A stretch of 64,000 nt of DNA from an uncultured Gammaproteobacteria bacterium (GCA_964427735.1 CAYRUS010000001.1:602201-666200), one strand, 5' to 3'; positions 36,686 to 46,263 are shown, numbered from the stretch's first letter. Notes: generated by a model not told the origin, from the sequence alone. Numbers and translations are program-made.

Positions 36686-37636
36686 ATGAAAAGGAAGTTA
36701 ACAAATGCAGTTCTTATCTTCAACCCTGCTGCTAGAGATGCAGGTAAAGCTGATCTAGTTGAAATTGTTGCTGCGCTTAAAGATGCTGGAATTAACCCGC
36801 TATACCAACATACTGCCCAAGAAGATGATTTAGAGGAAATAATTGAAAGCTGTACGGACCCTGTTATTGTGGCAGGTGGTGATGGTACTATTCGCTCTGC
36901 TGCAATAAGAGTTTTTTCTAAAGGCCTTCCTTTAATTCCGTTACCTATGGGAACTGCAAATAATTTTATGCGTTCTCTTGGGTATGAAGAACCTGCTTTA
37001 AATTTAATAACCCGTCTTTCAGACCCTCTTAAAGTATCCATTGATATCGGTAGAGTTAACGCTCCTTGGGGAGTTGATTATTTTATTGAAGGAATGGGAT
37101 TTGGACTGTTTGCAGATATGTTGGAAGAATACCGTCCAGTAACAGATAAAAAGATTTTAAGAGGGGTTAATTCATTCTTAAAGACAATTACTGATTACAA
37201 GACTTATGACCAAAAAATACTTATAGATAAAAAAGGCTTTGAAGGTAACTATGTCTTAGTAGAGATTCTTAACTCTAATTCTGTTGGTCCACGACTTCCT
37301 TTGGCTCCTAAAGCAAAGTTAACTGATGGGAAACTTGAGGTTGTTTTAGTAGAAGAAAAGGAAAACTTAGCTAAATTAGCAGTTGGCCTGGTTTCAAAAA
37401 ATATTGAAAAGCTTGAAGGAGTAAAGACAATTAGTTGCAAAAAAGTTGAATTTAGCTGGTGGGGGTTTCCTGTTCATATTGATGAAAAAGTAAAACCAGA
37501 TATAAACGAAAAAATTAACTATTGGTATAATTATGCAAAGACAGAGAATATTAAAGAGAAAACACAAGAAATTATTAATATTAAAATAGATGTTCTTCCA
37601 GGTGCATTAAAGCTTTGGTTGCCCAAAAATGAATAA
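36686..37636 (+). CDS. diacylglycerol-kinase-family lipid kinase (DAGK_cat, YegS-like)
   Basis: AVLIFNPAAR...VIVAGGDGTIRSAA...IPLPMGTANNF are the DAGK catalytic-domain motifs. Confidence 0.85.
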   Translation: MKRKLTNAVLIFNPAARDAGKADLVEIVAALKDAGINPLYQHTAQEDDLEEIIESCTDPVIVAGGDGTIRSAAIRVFSKGLPLIPLPMGTANNFMRSLGYEEPALNLITRLSDPLKVSIDIGRVNAPWGVDYFIEGMGFGLFADMLEEYRPVTDKKILRGVNSFLKTITDYKTYDQKILIDKKGFEGNYVLVEILNSNSVGPRLPLAPKAKLTDGKLEVVLVEEKENLAKLAVGLVSKNIEKLEGVKTISCKKVEFSWWGFPVHIDEKVKPDINEKINYWYNYAKTENIKEKTQEIINIKIDVLPGALKLWLPKNE

Positions 37637-38417
37637 ACATTCAAAAAAACTCCAGACAAAAAAAGACAAAGAAGAAATTGCAAAAAAAGGAGCAGTTGTC
37701 AGAGAAGTGGAGACAATTGAGCCGCAGCGGATAAAAATAGATTTACATTGTCACACAGAAGCTTCATGGGATTCTGTCACAAGTATAGAAAAAATACCTG
37801 ATAGGTTAGTCGAGCAAGGTATAAAAGTTCAGGCAATCACTGACCACAATGAAGTAAATGGAGCATTCAGGTTAAAGCAGTTAGTAGAAAAAGAGGGTTA
37901 TGATTTACAAATAGTTATTGGAGAAGAAGTACTAACAACTGAAGGAGAAATAATAGGCCTATTTTTAAAAGAAAAAATTAATTCAGGGCTTACCCCCGAA
38001 GATACTGTTAAAGAAATTAAAAAGCAGGGTGGAGTTGTATTGTTGCCCCACGGATTCGACAATATTAAGCGTTCAAGACTAAGTGATGCCGCAAGGGAAA
38101 GAATAAAAGATGATATTGATATTGTAGAAACATTTAATACTCGAGTGACAAGAAGAAAATACAATAAAAGAGCGTTTGAATGGGCCAAAAAAAACAATAA
38201 ATTAATGAGTGCAGGCAGTGATGCACATACTTTAAATGATATTGGTACAGCTTGGATAGAAGTTAATCCCGGTAAAATTAACAGTGCTGATGATTTAAAA
38301 GACGCAATTAAAAACTCTATTCCTACAGGAACATGGGTAAATCCTTTGCAGAGTCTTGCCTACAGAGGGTGGGACGTGACAAGAAATATATTATTGTCAA
38401 TTGTTCGTCAAATTTAA
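37629..38417 (+). CDS. PHP-family metal-dependent phosphoesterase
   Basis: IDLHCHTEASWDS...ITDHNEV...LLPHGFD are PHP histidine/aspartate motifs. It overlaps the upstream gene by 8 nt. Confidence 0.8.
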   Translation: MNKHSKKLQTKKDKEEIAKKGAVVREVETIEPQRIKIDLHCHTEASWDSVTSIEKIPDRLVEQGIKVQAITDHNEVNGAFRLKQLVEKEGYDLQIVIGEEVLTTEGEIIGLFLKEKINSGLTPEDTVKEIKKQGGVVLLPHGFDNIKRSRLSDAARERIKDDIDIVETFNTRVTRRKYNKRAFEWAKKNNKLMSAGSDAHTLNDIGTAWIEVNPGKINSADDLKDAIKNSIPTGTWVNPLQSLAYRGWDVTRNILLSIVRQI

Positions 38418-38483
38418 TAATATTTCTTTCAATAATCTTACTTGTCTTTTAACTTTCTATCATTGACTGCTTATAGCCTTGAG

Positions 38484-38516
38484 ATAAGTGTTTCTTTTGT
38501 ATTATGAAACACTTAT
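38484..38516 (+). repeat. perfect 11-bp inverted repeat (ataagtgtttc / gaaacacttat) with 11-nt loop
   Basis: Read directly from the sequence. It lies immediately upstream of the terminator hairpin. Confidence 0.5.
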
Positions 38517-38529
38517 TATAGAATAAGGG

Positions 38530-38560
38530 GCAGGCTCAATCGGACAGGAGCCTGCTTTTT
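38530..38560 (+). terminator. rho-independent terminator after the PHP gene
   Basis: An 8-bp GC-rich stem (gcaggctc ... gagcctgc), a 10-nt loop, then TTTTT. Confidence 0.6.
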
Positions 38561-38618
38561 ATGAATTTGCGCTATAGTGGCAATATAATTTTATTCTAAT
38601 TAAAACTAGACTATAAAA

Positions 38619-38978
38619 ATGAAGAGAAAAAAGATTTTAATTGTTGATGATGATCAGTCTATTCTTGAGATCACAAAAATAATTCTAAAAGACGAGGGAT
38701 ATGATGTTGTTACTCTTGTAGGCTGTCCAGATATTGTAGGGAAAGTAAAAAGAGAATCACCAGATTTAGTTTTATTAGATTTGTGGATGCCGGATATTTC
38801 AGGAGAGGAGATGACATATGCATTAAGGGACAATAGGTCAACAAAAAAAATTCCTATTCTTATTTTTTCAGCTAGTAAAGATACAAAGGAAACTGCAGCA
38901 AAATTAGGTGTTGATGGGTATTTGCTAAAGCCCTTTGACATGGATCAACTTCTGCTTCAAGTTTCTGAGCTTCTCTAA
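38619..38978 (+). CDS. single-domain response regulator (CheY-like receiver), no partner kinase nearby
   Basis: ILIVDDDQSILEI...DLVLLDLWMPDISG...ILIFSASKD...YLLKPFD carry the complete receiver motifs. Confidence 0.8.
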   Translation: MKRKKILIVDDDQSILEITKIILKDEGYDVVTLVGCPDIVGKVKRESPDLVLLDLWMPDISGEEMTYALRDNRSTKKIPILIFSASKDTKETAAKLGVDGYLLKPFDMDQLLLQVSELL

Positions 38979-39242
38979 TTCAATTTTTTTTATTATTTTT
39001 AGTGTGAGGTTCTGAATTATTCAACTCATAATAATTTAAAGGAGGAAAAGTTAGTCAATTTAAATTTTAAAAAATATATAAATTTGTAAAATATATGGTA
39101 AATTTAATTAATGCTCTCAATAATATCTTCATATAAGAATTTTTTGTGTATACATGTTCAGCAATCATTGAAAAATTTTTTAATAGTAGTGTGTTTTAAC
39201 GTTTCTAATTTATAGAACTAAGGACGTTATTGTTAAAAGGAG

Positions 39243-39428
39243 GTGATTATTTTGAAAAAAAAGGACTGGATGACTTTATCACAGATACTGATGGGATCAG
39301 CGGTGGTTTCCGTTTTGCTGTCGGCTGTTGGTTATATGGGTAATGATATTTGGCTTGCATCAACTCAATGGCTAATTGTTGCTGCTGTTTTTGCATTGTT
39401 TGGTGTGTACACAAGAATGAATAGCTAA
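39243..39428 (+). CDS. small two-helix membrane protein, hypothetical
   Basis: A strong SD (AAAGGAGGTG) overlaps the annotated GTG. The more likely start is TTG at 39252 or ATG at 39270. The hydrophobic 52-58 aa product has two helices. Confidence 0.35.
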   Translation: MIILKKKDWMTLSQILMGSAVVSVLLSAVGYMGNDIWLASTQWLIVAAVFALFGVYTRMNS

Positions 39429-39451
39429 AAAGTTAGAGGGTTAATTTAAAC

Positions 39452-39601
39452 ATGCAAAGCGCAAAAAAAGTAGTTCGAAGTAATTTGTCAAAAATAGAGA
39501 CTCAAGAATGTCCTGTTTGTGGAAATGATATAGGTGTTGTTGCTGGTAGTAAAGATGCGATTTGTACAAACTGCGGGTTTAAAGACCCGTGTTGTGAGTA
39601 A
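39452..39601 (+). CDS. 49-aa zinc-ribbon small protein (not in the ORF track, below its size cut-off)
   Basis: Product MQSAKKVVRSNLSKIETQECPVCGNDIGVVAGSKDAICTNCGFKDPCCE, with CPVC...CTNC. A GAGGG SD-like element lies about 13 nt upstream. Confidence 0.35.
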   Translation: MQSAKKVVRSNLSKIETQECPVCGNDIGVVAGSKDAICTNCGFKDPCCE

Positions 39602-39670
39602 TTTGTCTATGAGATTTACAGAAAATTGTTATAGTTGACATATAGTAATTAATCTGTTATTTTTTGGACA

Positions 39671-40171
39671 ATGAACAGAAGAGATATAGTAATTGGTCTA
39701 GTAGTCCTTGCGATAATAGCAGGAGCAATATACTTCTCACAAAGAAATGGTGCGGATTTAGAGATTAGCGAGCCAACTCCCACACCTACAGGTCAAATAG
39801 AAAGACAGCTTGAGGAAACACTCCAAAGAGAAGTTCCTGAGGATGTTGAAAAAGTTGAACTCCAAGATGAAGACTCAATTGCAATCGTGACAAGAGAAGA
39901 GGCTGCTACAGGTGGTCATTTGGTGACTGTACTTGCTGACCTTCCACAGCCAGAAGAAGGAGAATTCTTCCAAGCATTTTTAGAAAGAGGAGAGCAAGAT
40001 ACTGAAGAGTTTGAAAGGGTATCTCTGGGTCGATTAAATTCAATTAAGGGAGGATACGTAGTTGAGTTTCAATCAAATCAAGATTTAAGTGAATATAATA
40101 GAGTTATAATTTCAAAGCAAACAAGATTAAGTAATGAACCTGAAGAGGTTGTTCTTGAAGGGGATCTTTAA
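39671..40171 (+). CDS. membrane-anchored acidic protein, hypothetical
   Basis: N-terminal TM helix, then an E/D-rich extracytoplasmic region. Confidence 0.4.
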   Translation: MNRRDIVIGLVVLAIIAGAIYFSQRNGADLEISEPTPTPTGQIERQLEETLQREVPEDVEKVELQDEDSIAIVTREEAATGGHLVTVLADLPQPEEGEFFQAFLERGEQDTEEFERVSLGRLNSIKGGYVVEFQSNQDLSEYNRVIISKQTRLSNEPEEVVLEGDL

Positions 40172-40181
40172 GCTTCGTTAA

Positions 40182-40931
40182 TTGACAGTCATCTTCAACA
40201 CAGGATATCTTAAGTATATGGGTAAATTATTTTTGTTGGCTCTCTTCCTATCAAATTTTTTTGTACTAGTCCCAGAAGTAGATGCAAGCATGGTTCTAAT
40301 TCAGAGGGATGGTGACATGATAGTGAACGTTTTGTCATTAAATGATGAAGCAGGGAGAAGTGATCTGGAGGTAACCAAAGTTGCTGCAGTTTCAGATTCT
40401 GATGATGCTCGTATATCTCTCCAAAGAAATGAAGAAACAGTCAATATGACTATTTATAACTCCCAAGGGAAAAGAGAACTAGATGTAACTGATTATAAGG
40501 ATTCTTTGGTTGAAATCGAAGAAATACCTAAACCTAAAAAAACTACAATAGGTATAGAAGGAGAGACATTTTTTATTAGGCAAGGAAGTGTTGAAGCAAA
40601 AACTATGCTTCCAATTACAGTACAGGCTGAGGAAAAAACTATCTCAGTAAAAACTTCAACCGGAGAAAAGTTTTTATCTGTTCTTCCTCATTCAGCTGCC
40701 GATTCTATTTTCAAAACAAGGATTATAAATAAAATTACGGATGGTGGAATGACTATAAATGAGGAGGAAGAAGAACTTATGTATACGATTAAGGGTAAGA
40801 AAATTGTTAATATGCTTAATATTTATGATTTTGAACTTGATGTCATAGCAAAAGTTTCTGCAACCACAGGAGAAATTATTGGGATCCAGGAACCAGGTTG
40901 GTTGAAGTCATTAAACTTTTTATTTGTTTAG
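40182..40931 (+). CDS. secreted/membrane-anchored hypothetical protein
   Basis: Signal-anchor (MGKLFLLALFLSNFFVLVPEVDA). No family recognised. Confidence 0.4.
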   Translation: MTVIFNTGYLKYMGKLFLLALFLSNFFVLVPEVDASMVLIQRDGDMIVNVLSLNDEAGRSDLEVTKVAAVSDSDDARISLQRNEETVNMTIYNSQGKRELDVTDYKDSLVEIEEIPKPKKTTIGIEGETFFIRQGSVEAKTMLPITVQAEEKTISVKTSTGEKFLSVLPHSAADSIFKTRIINKITDGGMTINEEEEELMYTIKGKKIVNMLNIYDFELDVIAKVSATTGEIIGIQEPGWLKSLNFLFV

Positions 40932-41685
40932 TATGGAATTTTTAAATCTCACTTTACTTGCTTTTATCGGTAGTGTAGCAGGTCTCATTGGTGGAATAAT
41001 TTTACTTATCAAAGAGGAATGGGCAGATAATTTAACTAAAATCTCAGTTCCTTTTGCATCCGGAGTTCTTTTGTCATTATCGTTTCTCGATCTGTTGCCA
41101 GAGGCTCATGAACAAATTGGTGATAATGCCTTTTATGTTGTTTTTTCTGTGTTTATTATTGTGTTTTTGATAGAGAAATTTTTTTTTGCCCTGCATCACC
41201 ACAAATCAAGTAAGAGCACTCATAATCACCAGGGAACAGTAAGTGTGGTAATTTTTGGAGATACTATCCATAATTTTCTAGATGGAATGGCAATTGGTGC
41301 AGCTTTTACAATAGAACCAACTTTTGGGTTAATGATAGCTCTCGGAACCTTCTTACACGAGACACCTCATGAAATAGCTGATTTTGGAATATTGCTCTCT
41401 AAGGGTTGGAGTAGAAAAAATGCTTTTATTGCAAACCTTTTTAGTGCTATGGCAACTTTCCCCGGTGCATTTATAGCATATGCTTTTGCAGACATTGCTG
41501 AAAACTCTGTCGGAATTTTACTAGCACTTGCTGCAGGATTATTTTTATATGTCTCTACAACCGATTTCTTACCTCAGTTGCAACAGGTTAAAAATGAATC
41601 CCAAGCACGACAGCTGTTTTTTTTGTTAGCAGGAATAGCAGCAGTTCTTGCTCTACGGTACATTGTTCCAGAAGTGGGACATTAA
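40924..41685 (+). CDS. ZIP-family divalent metal transporter
   Basis: His-rich loop HHHKSSKSTHNHQG, plus the HNFLDGMAIG and HETPHEIADFG motifs. Confidence 0.85.
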   Translation: MFSMEFLNLTLLAFIGSVAGLIGGIILLIKEEWADNLTKISVPFASGVLLSLSFLDLLPEAHEQIGDNAFYVVFSVFIIVFLIEKFFFALHHHKSSKSTHNHQGTVSVVIFGDTIHNFLDGMAIGAAFTIEPTFGLMIALGTFLHETPHEIADFGILLSKGWSRKNAFIANLFSAMATFPGAFIAYAFADIAENSVGILLALAAGLFLYVSTTDFLPQLQQVKNESQARQLFFLLAGIAAVLALRYIVPEVGH

Positions 41686-41726
41686 GATTATTTGTAGATT
41701 ATCAAAATAAACATTAAACTTAAAAA

Positions 41727-42464
41727 ATGTTTAGTGTAAGCTATCCAATAGCATTTATTTCTGGTTTGGCTTCCTTTTTTGCCCCTTGTGTTGTTCCATT
41801 GCTTCCAGCTTATATTAGCTTTATCACAGGGGCTAGTTATGATAAATATAAAAAAAGTTACCAAGGATTTAGTAAAAAAATATTTTTAACTAGTATTTAT
41901 TATATTTCAGGTTTTTCCATTATTTTTGTTTTGATGGGAACAACTGCAGCTGGTATTGGAATTTTTCTAAGAAGCTACCAGTTTTATATATATCGTTTAG
42001 GTGGATTAATAATGTTAATTTTAGGCTTAGAGTTTGCTGGGATAATAAATTTAGCTTTTTTGGCAAAAGAAAAAAAGTTTAAACTGCCATCTTGGACAGA
42101 GAAGTTTGTATATGTTCGAGCATTTTTATTAGGGGTAATTTTTGCTATTGCTTGGACGCCTTGTGTAGGAGCAGTATTGGGATCTATTCTTGCTTTAGCT
42201 GCTGTGTCCGGAACAGTTTTTCAGGGAGCAACAATGCTTTTTGTGTATTCACTAGGAATTTCTATTCCATTTCTGGTTGTTTCTATGACTTTGTCTTCAG
42301 CCCCAAAATACGTACCTATTCTAAGTAAAAACGCAGCTAAAATATCAAAGTTCGCTGGAATATTGCTGGCTATAATTGGATTAATGTTGTTAACTGGAGT
42401 GTATGCATATGTTAATTCCTGGATACTTAATCTTGCATTTAGATTGGGATATGAAGTTAAATAA
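41727..42464 (+). CDS. ccdA: cytochrome c biogenesis / thiol-disulfide transporter CcdA (DsbD-family TM domain)
   Basis: FFAPCVVPLLPAYISF and a second conserved Cys in WTPCVGAVLG. Confidence 0.8.
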   Translation: MFSVSYPIAFISGLASFFAPCVVPLLPAYISFITGASYDKYKKSYQGFSKKIFLTSIYYISGFSIIFVLMGTTAAGIGIFLRSYQFYIYRLGGLIMLILGLEFAGIINLAFLAKEKKFKLPSWTEKFVYVRAFLLGVIFAIAWTPCVGAVLGSILALAAVSGTVFQGATMLFVYSLGISIPFLVVSMTLSSAPKYVPILSKNAAKISKFAGILLAIIGLMLLTGVYAYVNSWILNLAFRLGYEVK

Positions 42465-42522
42465 CAGTGAAAACTGTTTTGTGTTAATCTTATATTGTAC
42501 CTTATAATAAGGAGGTGGTTTA

Positions 42523-42774
42523 ATGAAGACGGTAATTTATACAACAACGACTTGTCCTTACTGCAAGATGCTTAAAGATTATTTGAAAGAGCATAATGTA
42601 GAGTATGAGGAAAAGTTGGTGGATCAAGATGCTGAAGCAAGAGATGAAATGATGGAAAAAACTGAAGGTTACCTAGGTGTTCCGTATACAATAATTACAA
42701 AAGAAGACGGAAATACATTATCAGTATTGGGTTTTGATAAAAGGAAAATAAATGAGATTTTTGGAATAAATTAA
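42523..42774 (+). CDS. glutaredoxin-like (NrdH/YruB-type) thioredoxin-fold protein
   Basis: SD AAGGAGGTG, CPYC active site, and the GVPYTII motif. Confidence 0.8.
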   Translation: MKTVIYTTTTCPYCKMLKDYLKEHNVEYEEKLVDQDAEARDEMMEKTEGYLGVPYTIITKEDGNTLSVLGFDKRKINEIFGIN

Positions 42775-43425
42775 ATGTTAATTGTTAATTACAAAACCTA
42801 CCTTGAGGCTACCGGTCCACAGTCTGTAAGCCTGTCTGAGATAATCAAAGAAGCATCAGAGGAAACTGGAACAAAGGTAATTGCATGTCCTCAAGTAGTT
42901 GATTTAAGAGAAGTTAGCAGTATTTTATCAAATGAAACATGGGTACAGCATGTTGATCATTTTGAAAGGGGACGTGCCACTGGATACCTTCCAGTGGAGG
43001 TAGCAAAAGAATCAGGGGCATCAGGTGTGCTTCTTAACCACTCAGAGCACAAACTCTCTTTAGGAGATTTATCTGCCAGTCTTGCGATGAGTAAAAAGAC
43101 CGGATTAACAACTTTAGTTTTTGCAGAAGATGTGAAAGAGGCAGAATTAGTAGCAAAATTATCTCCGGACTGGATAGGTTATGAGCCACCAGAACTTGTG
43201 GCTAGCAAAAATTCTTCTGTTTCTAAATCAAAACCAGAAGTAATAGATGACGTAGTAAAAGCTGTTGATCCAATACCTGTTGTTGTTGGTGCTGGCGTAA
43301 AAGATAGACAGGATGTCGTTGTCGCTTTAGAACGTGGTGCTAAGGGTGTGGCTGTTGCTTCTGCTGTTGTTCTTGCACAGGATCCAAAAGAAGTTTTACT
43401 AGAGTTATTGGGAGGTTTTAAATGA
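42775..43425 (+). CDS. tpiA: triosephosphate isomerase, short archaeal-type
   Basis: 216 aa. MLIVNYKTY, ACPQVVDL, LLNHSEHK and GYEPPELVAS...SKSKPEV align to archaeal TIMs rather than the ~250-aa bacterial form. Confidence 0.75.
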   Translation: MLIVNYKTYLEATGPQSVSLSEIIKEASEETGTKVIACPQVVDLREVSSILSNETWVQHVDHFERGRATGYLPVEVAKESGASGVLLNHSEHKLSLGDLSASLAMSKKTGLTTLVFAEDVKEAELVAKLSPDWIGYEPPELVASKNSSVSKSKPEVIDDVVKAVDPIPVVVGAGVKDRQDVVVALERGAKGVAVASAVVLAQDPKEVLLELLGGFK

Positions 43426-43871
43426 GAATCTACATAGGTGCAGATCACAGAGGTTTTAAATTAAAGGAAATTCTTAAAACTTGGCTAATCTCTCAAAATT
43501 ATAAGGTTGAGGATATGGGTGCTTATGAGTATGATCCAAATGATGATTACACCCTTTATGCTGAAAAGGTTGCCTCAATTATCAAAGAAAATAATAATTC
43601 AAAAGGAGTGTTACTCTGTGGTTCTGGTGTAGGTGTTGATGTCGTAGCAAATAAATTTGATGGTGTGAGAGCGTCAATCGGAAAGGAAGAACGGCAAGTC
43701 AAAGCAGGCAGAAAGGATGATGACATGAATATTCTTGTTCTTGCAGCAGACTTTACAGCAGAAGATGAGGCAAAAAAAATGATCAAAGCATTTTTAAATA
43801 CAAAATTTGGAGGTAAAGCTCGCCACACAAGAAGGTTAGAAGATATAAAAAGAATTGAAGAAAACAACTAG
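43422..43871 (+). CDS. rpiB: ribose-5-phosphate isomerase B
   Basis: MRIYIGADHRGFKLKE...LLCGSGVGVDVVANKFDGVRA match RpiB/LacAB motifs. Confidence 0.85.
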   Translation: MRIYIGADHRGFKLKEILKTWLISQNYKVEDMGAYEYDPNDDYTLYAEKVASIIKENNNSKGVLLCGSGVGVDVVANKFDGVRASIGKEERQVKAGRKDDDMNILVLAADFTAEDEAKKMIKAFLNTKFGGKARHTRRLEDIKRIEENN

Positions 43872-43904
43872 TACTGCCTAAAAATGATGTGTTAAGATTT
43901 TTTT

Positions 43905-44960
43905 ATGAATATACCTACTCTTACTAATTTTAAAACTTCCGATGGAGTGGGAATAATTAGAGCAGATTTAGATACAATTACAGATGGAAAAATAACATCA
44001 GACAGAAGGCTTGAAGTTCTTCTCCCAACTCTAAAACTTCTTTTAGAAAAAGGAGCAAAAAAACTATTAGTAATTGGTCATAATGGTAGACCCGAGAAAT
44101 ATGACGAAAAATACACAACGAAACCAATCAGTAAATGGCTAAGTACAAAATTAGATATACCAGTTGGATTTGCAAGACATTATCCAATGAATGACTTTTA
44201 TGTAGTGTATGAAGAAGTTTTTACAGCTAAAGAAAAGGTTATTGTACTCGATAATCTAAGATTTTGGGGAGGGGAAATTGAAAACGAGGAACTTTTTGTA
44301 GAAGAGTTAGGGAATATTGGTAGCTTTTATGTTAATGAATCTTTTGGAAATAGTCACAGAAACCACGCTTCGATTGTCGGCTTGCCAAAATACTTTAAAG
44401 ATAAAGGTAATGATATTTATGCAGGGTTAAACTTTGAAAATGAAATTAAAAACCTAAACAAAATATTTGAAAATTCGCAAAAGCCAATAGTTTCTATAAT
44501 AAGTGGAATAAAAGATGACAAGAAAGACTATGTAGAGGCATTCAAAAAGTTTTCTGATTTAGTTTTGGTGGCTGGCAGATTGCCGGATTATTTTCCTGAG
44601 GATATAAATGATCCTAAATTAATAATCGCTAGGCTTAACCCTGATAAAGAAGATATAACTCTTAGATCCATCGAAAAATTTGAAGCTGAAATTGCTAAAG
44701 CAGGTACAATTATTCTAGCAGGACCAATTGGAAAATACGAAGAACCAGGTCATTTGTTAGGAACACAGCGTGTTTTTCAGGCAGTAGCTGACTCCAAAGC
44801 CACTTTTAAATTAGCAGGAGGTGGAGATACAACCCAAGCAATCAAACTTCTACAGTTAGATCAAGCTTTTGATTGGATCTCAACAGGCGGTGGAGCAATG
44901 CTTGAGTATTTAGCAAAAAGAACACTTCCAGGAATTGAGGTACTCCAAAACATTGAGTAA
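43905..44960 (+). CDS. pgk: phosphoglycerate kinase (short form)
   Basis: RADLDTITDGKITSDRRL, NLRFWGGE, VNESFGNSHRNHAS, GGGDT, LAGPIGKYE and the C-terminal TLPGIEVL match PGK. Confidence 0.8.
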   Translation: MNIPTLTNFKTSDGVGIIRADLDTITDGKITSDRRLEVLLPTLKLLLEKGAKKLLVIGHNGRPEKYDEKYTTKPISKWLSTKLDIPVGFARHYPMNDFYVVYEEVFTAKEKVIVLDNLRFWGGEIENEELFVEELGNIGSFYVNESFGNSHRNHASIVGLPKYFKDKGNDIYAGLNFENEIKNLNKIFENSQKPIVSIISGIKDDKKDYVEAFKKFSDLVLVAGRLPDYFPEDINDPKLIIARLNPDKEDITLRSIEKFEAEIAKAGTIILAGPIGKYEEPGHLLGTQRVFQAVADSKATFKLAGGGDTTQAIKLLQLDQAFDWISTGGGAMLEYLAKRTLPGIEVLQNIE

Positions 44961-44989
44961 TTGAAGACATTTCTCCTATAGTATATACT
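44961..44989 (+). promoter_or_regulatory. candidate sigma-70-like promoter (TTGAAG, 17 nt, TATACT) downstream of pgk
   Basis: Hexamers read directly, with 17-nt spacing. They lie upstream of ORF 45110. Confidence 0.4.
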
Positions 44990-45109
44990 TTACGAATGGA
45001 AAGGCAGGAATCAAACAAAAAAAGCGGCAAAAATAAATACACCTACATTCAAATGCTGCAACGAGCATAACGATTTTCGGAACGAATCCGCAGGCTACCG
45101 CACCGGGGA

Positions 45110-45844
45110 ATGGTGAACATTATCGGTGAAGGTGGGAATGATGATAAATGGAAGGATGCTTTAAAAGTAGTTATAAAAAAATCTACTGTAAAAGACGATT
45201 TAGTTGAGTTTATTGATGTTGAATCACTTGTAACAAGATTAGTTAATTCAATTAATCTGAGTGAGTTGGGGATTAGTGAGGAAGATTTGCATAACCAAAT
45301 GTTAGAAGAAATAGTATTTCAATATATCTTTAAAGTTTTTGGACCTGAGGGTTGGCAAATTGGTATGTGGAGTGTGCTGAAAAAACTTCAAGGATATATG
45401 GATAGCTATAAAGCAAGGCAGGAAATTCCAGAGGTTTTTCTTGATTTCATCTCATCACTCAATGAGGAAACAGATGATGAACATTTAAGTACAAATAAAA
45501 GATTGGTAATTGTAAAATATCCCATTTTGGATAGAGCAACTATCATTCATAAGCCAGATGATGCAAGGTTAGAAACTTTTAATGAAAATCAACAACGCAA
45601 TATTAAAACTTTCCTAGAAATACTAGTTCTTGCTATCAACACTTATCCTAGTAGATTTAATAGTAGCGATAATCCAGACGGGAATATTCTTGTAAATGTG
45701 ATTGACACTTCATATCTTTGGTTTGCTGCAAGGAATTCGAAATATCAGGATCTATTAAGAAGAATAAACCAAAATAGTATTTATACTCCATTTGCAAAAA
45801 AGAGAGACTCGCAAATTTTAGGTAGTTTTTCTCAAAATGAATAA
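45110..45844 (+). CDS. hypothetical protein, no recognisable domain, between pgk and gap
   Basis: 244-aa uninterrupted ORF with its own upstream promoter-like element. Confidence 0.4.
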   Translation: MVNIIGEGGNDDKWKDALKVVIKKSTVKDDLVEFIDVESLVTRLVNSINLSELGISEEDLHNQMLEEIVFQYIFKVFGPEGWQIGMWSVLKKLQGYMDSYKARQEIPEVFLDFISSLNEETDDEHLSTNKRLVIVKYPILDRATIIHKPDDARLETFNENQQRNIKTFLEILVLAINTYPSRFNSSDNPDGNILVNVIDTSYLWFAARNSKYQDLLRRINQNSIYTPFAKKRDSQILGSFSQNE

Positions 45845-45939
45845 GTTTTTTAGTTTCAATAGCAAAATGAGAAATGAGTTGCAGTTTTAGTTAAACTTAT
45901 TAGGTATGATATAATTTGCCCACAACCTCTGCCTAAAGA

Positions 45940-46215
45940 TTGGAGGTGGTAATTATTCCAATATCAGAGACAGAAAAAAGAACTTCTCCTAAATATTTTT
46001 ATGACATAAAGGAATATATGAGAGATGGGAATACTACGATTGTTAGTGCAGTCGTCAGAAGTAGAAATGGTGATATAATCCCAATGGAAACAGAGATGAT
46101 TGCTTATATACTTGCGAATGCATGTGTCGGAAAAATCTTAGCTCAGGTTATCCCAGTAAATAATTTAGAACATGGCAAAACAGGTGGGGTAGTAATGGTT
46201 TGTGAAGAAAGATAA
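45940..46215 (+). CDS. small hypothetical protein upstream of gap
   Basis: 91-aa ORF. The annotated TTG start overlaps a GGAGGTG SD-like element, so the real start is uncertain. Confidence 0.3.
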   Translation: MEVVIIPISETEKRTSPKYFYDIKEYMRDGNTTIVSAVVRSRNGDIIPMETEMIAYILANACVGKILAQVIPVNNLEHGKTGGVVMVCEER

Positions 46216-46263
46216 TAAGGTCTTTATATTGTTTCCTCAGACAAATTTTAGTAAGCTGGATAT

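Noticed and set aside
36664-37041. 125-aa minus-strand ORF, and similar internal ORFs at 16038..16421, 29256..29522, 32548..32853, 42221..42547, 43179..43448, 43556..43867, 50886..51212
   Set aside because: All lie antisense or out of frame within confidently assigned genes (DAGK, DEAD-box helicase, mutS, mutL, ccdA, tpi, rpiB, tktC). They have no features of their own.
44961-45109. Possible tmRNA or other structured RNA in the 149-bp pgk-downstream spacer (GC-richer tract ccgcaggctaccgcaccgggg)
   Set aside because: There is no tRNA-like acceptor or T-arm (GGTTCGAnTCC) and no reading frame ending in an ALAA-type tag. The region is better explained as a promoter (TTGAAG-17-TATACT) plus leader.
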